Positions 63,001 to 64,000 of a DNA stretch of 64,000 nucleotides are shown here, one piece after another. The notes under the pieces were generated by a model, which saw only the letters and a program-made list of their open reading frames with translations, searched no databases and was not told where the DNA came from. Within the stretch, counting starts at the first letter, position 1. Each line of letters opens with the position of its first letter. Source of the stretch: an uncultured Eubacteriales bacterium. GTDB taxonomy: Bacteria; Bacillota; Clostridia; Christensenellales; UBA1242. The position numbers and the translations under genes were made by a program. The DNA is taken from assembly GCA_948607205.1 (NCBI GenBank), contig CAPERS010000006.1, forward strand, positions 1,799 through 65,798, in the 5' to 3' direction.

Positions 63001-64000
63001 TCTGACATAACTTGCATCAATTGTTTGATTGAAGTCAACTGAGTTTGAGTAAGAAGTCCAGTCAGATGCACCAGTTTGGCTAGAAAGGTCAAGCATAGCA
63101 TTTGTTGGAAGCATTTGTTTTTCAATCAACTCAGTCAAAAAGCCTGTTTGAGAAGTTTCTGAAAAATATGTTAATTCTTTGATAGGGAAGAATTTATAAT
63201 AACCATAAGTTTGAGCGCCACTGTCTTTGTTTTGCCAAGAGAAGATAAGTGGCTGATTTGTCAATGGGGTTGAAAGGGCGGTGTTTGCAATGTCATATCT
63301 GGTTGAACTTTCAGCGCTGACATTTCTGGCTGAAATTTTTCCAATTTCAGTTGTGTCAATTGTGAAAGTTCGAACGTTTGGCTCATTTGAAGAGGCAGAA
63401 TAAATTTCGATTGTCACATGTGAGTTTTTGTATCTGCCCGCATTTGAGATATAAACTTTTCTTGTGCCGTCTATGTTCTCAATGCGTATATCATTTCTTT
63501 CGCTTGCTGGCAAATTGTTGATGTTTGTTTTTTCAAGCAAAATTTGACCTTGAGCGTTTGTTTGACGAATTGTCAAGTTGATTGTCACATTCGCATCAAA
63601 TGCAGAAACTGAAGAAAGGTCAGTGATAACAACCGACTTGTTTGTGAAGTCTTTTGCGTAAACATCTTTGCCATTTTCGCCTTCATCTGTTTTAACGTTG
63701 ACAGCAGGCGTGGTGTTTTCAATTGTGAAATATAAAACTTGAAGGTTATAGAAAGTTGATTGTCCTGAGCCAGAACCTGAAACAAGGTTTTCAAATTGAT
63801 ATTGCAAAATATACAAATAAGTTCCTGTGCTGTTTTGGTTAAATCCGTTGAATTTGCTTAAGTGTTCAAGTTTGATTTCGCCGTTAACTTTGGTCACTTG
63901 CAAAATTGCACTGCGTTCATTGTCAACCTTTGCAAGATTTAAAAATTTAATCGGTGGTTGATTGGTCTTAACTGGAGTGAGGCTATTTATTTGAGTTTTA
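57097..64000 (-). CDS. giant surface/adhesin-like protein with C-terminal transmembrane tail anchor; N-terminus outside the window
   Basis: The frame is open to the window edge (no stop upstream of the track TTG at 63903), so the protein exceeds 2300 aa. T/S/N/Y-rich, beta-rich repeat texture. The C-terminus is AWAIIAIVIAVMAAVAIIIITIKLRKKPKVK, with no LPXTG. Confidence 0.8.
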   Translation of the reverse strand, partial: KTQINSLTPVKTNQPPIKFLNLAKVDNERSAILQVTKVNGEIKLEHLSKFNGFNQNSTGTYLYILQYQFENLVSGSGSGQSTFYNLQVLYFTIENTTPAVNVKTDEGENGKDVYAKDFTNKSVVITDLSSVSAFDANVTINLTIRQTNAQGQILLEKTNINNLPASERNDIRIENIDGTRKVYISNAGRYKNSHVTIEIYSASSNEPNVRTFTIDTTEIGKISARNVSAESSTRYDIANTALSTPLTNQPLIFSWQNKDSGAQTYGYYKFFPIKELTYFSETSQTGFLTELIEKQMLPTNAMLDLSSQTGASDWTSYSNSVDFNQTIDASYVRSSAGLYIFEVYDQAGNVNFDAYFIDNTKPTFVLNSYNKESGVNSKSVLTANYSLSVNEVYDYHVQWAENKAIYVKYPSGSGMEDFFENVKQNAFNESDKLDSVLRTFFSENSKKLTTTATPPNPEISSYSSDYITVKILDDVYVKEATESQFKLKGTDSNQQKNEYYIDLFKIDNGETVASEGTHQVILRDMSNTLLSADSVYGYLNAPSAFVTINVTSDSSALKIVYADNKDQELNKSNFEYTGLLYVNEDGTQTSTNKQDGFDLSSNLNYKLSFLTPISVNEKQILLSFKPANEGAIVESVSMTYYAFTKKSDTFEGNVGKKDENNDLNNIAHFYTLEEEPSINNHNVFKYDAQVHYDDIIELPISTVGKYAEPGKYIFTRRYRTMPNSNKYDYFERQITMIVDNFNVISSQEQVSNKVDGDTYSSAESYVGGDILLSMYSNPGQSSLEISFPRYNAEGLNQGSFYKQQNGDTPTFSVETNKLPLTLNIPTDKYTTHYSYDAKTNTYTVYSNSELSNYGGAKYTIDKEGKITAYINDVEISCKNEQEAREFIQRASIAEYKLYAQITFTDAFGNKKLYKTNGNSVNGYLSIYQVSAFDKDVDQNAQPVQFTSPGSYVVELFQASNSVDDSIRKSYKFSFEIESNKPEFDILDSRNMKLESEKNSNQEETGNHFTNSQTLVIRWTDTDNKYLANIDKEAIRYSIYSASGGTLHRETVTKINSNNKVNTFDIDLKDYWQNGNYVDITMQFEGHEGNEEYYSTTTKRVYIDFTAPTQTLSSLMNNVTNAVPNFTKAFLESYTRDLYNAQNEKVEHTDMNTVSYSYTKNEGQFKNYSYMVNINFFSDMKQKISQNDNFGTKFAFYRKIEDLTTYVQVTKDNFSNNSSSHTSFEFLYLNSLENNKYYEIVERDMAGNMVVYLVKLIDSNAIASEKAITYTNDLLESLTDEEKSKSLTNEEAIKGVNIYSSTGLKFQSLQFLNDDWAVYITTAQNNTVAFMTSPNLDKGRIYKISILSNGTLGFEEVGIETLFFGVASSNVKHNLQIANRLEGKNSNVKVSIMNASLRTETGNDNGDPYLKIAHPTNEQVESNEQSHIFPVAITIEQLTQIDSTKSEWSTLKAFTNASGNPNGWESTETVIFNYSANGYLYIYIRLGANNQPIRYTIIDNFGNKTIVHQKANSENFDEITGDANIYQKVDSLGDITYISSKSIILTYQDSLFNVRISQYNNNDTWEPVTLKSESKPNSKDLFTIRFDRSDIVYRVQLVDKVDTNTIAKTMYIKVYDKLPKFSDKKTGNYITFKDASSEYIGLADTQQNLRVEFDGKTYMANASVISTFSNNVVLSAYPSVSANTNEQKPYLNQYKYSLHISKDDGKTWEEIKNPNSYIISGVGDYLILAKYDSEDVLTNECSLFILQINDSSKVFYTIYVDGKKVEKSDIVYTAPNGKQYDTNYMVNMRYSDKVPAKPGDSSVIPKPNIIPNDELGVQITLVEEGIATGTDVMIDIYQYRSDVSSGYFTIIYIPKSSSFLKQLYYTNESGVRKELIDKNSESIIVEKNKSNFSEVKLSWTSHYGIKENKIEIEISKLYQGRYVLLEDMPVYYDQASDTNYVYLTRAGSYQIKFHDSTEPENNVHKFGSGDYFSLIFLNTSPFVVTYTDPISLEAKTTEPINHAIYNGAVQLSLVDLNTYFTTAGYPQIHVTKNGKEYTGFTLANYVYTFTEPGYYKVTFSAQDKSSSTAIREEEYVFTILNPKESVLSYEITPYKNYYIEKIEKYNSKIEERVDITDELVKIIGNNLLTINDKDYLTRVLLSFSDELTGQGRYIITINTNDKSYSPITESKFTFMLWINSQVPPIAVSIADGGSTDGIINIDFNAKNIYETIGDCYIQIGSSRFDINEETLENYGGGLSITESGTYYIQVFTQSGVLLYSYKVTKTTPLNAWAIIAIVIAVMAAVAIIIITIKLRKKPKVK

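Noticed and set aside
1-64000. Alternative genetic code, CRISPR arrays, transposases or integrases, and rRNA.
   Set aside because: TGA terminates several well-supported genes (9512-9514, 12820-12822, 14593-14595) and long genes have no in-frame TGA, so the code is standard. No repeat-spacer arrays, no DDE, serine or tyrosine recombinase motifs, and no rRNA-like sequence were seen.

Overview
Calls rest on motif recognition by eye; no searches were run. The window is a 64-kb chromosomal segment of a low-GC (about 35%) bacterium using the standard code (TGA is a stop), with Bacillota-like gene content (mrnC-rlmB-sigH, rpmG-secE-nusG-rplK-rplA). The backbone is housekeeping: aspS (archaeal-type) and asnS, zupT-like, U32 peptidase, alr, tmk, uvrC, hisS, gyrB/gyrA, M18 aminopeptidase, initiator tRNA-fMet, metG, ychF and secA. 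No transposase, integrase, CRISPR array or rRNA is visible. Accessory material is interleaved with this backbone. (1) A 1134-aa signal-anchored surface protein (Listeria-Bacteroides repeats, Bsp-like repeat, LamG, GLUG repeats). Its consensus promoter has a 20-bp spacer containing an uninterrupted G10 tract. A 5'-truncated paralog lies 5 kb downstream and shares the same palindrome-bearing promoter, C-terminal module and terminator. I rate this candidate phase/antigenic-variation locus as the most interesting item. (2) A 1.5-kb island between secA and rpmG: a leaderless YpsA-like SLOG gene, two tandem XRE repressors, an orphan HicB-like gene and three copies of a TGCTAA-N2-TTAGCA operator. (3) A 55-59-bp tandem repeat family built on GTGC-N5-GCAC palindromes, found directly 3' of asnS, gyrB and rplA. 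(4) Two genes (DUF488, nucleoside 2-deoxyribosyltransferase-like) wedged between gyrB and gyrA. (5) A protein made of five RNA polymerase alpha-CTD-like modules in the position where rplJL-rpoBC would be expected. (6) Two giant orphan proteins: 1879 aa with a central membrane hairpin, and more than 2300 aa with a C-terminal tail anchor. (7) A DnaA-box cluster upstream of hisS. (8) At least five genes whose consensus promoter sits 5-6 nt from the ATG with no Shine-Dalgarno sequence, implying leaderless mRNAs.
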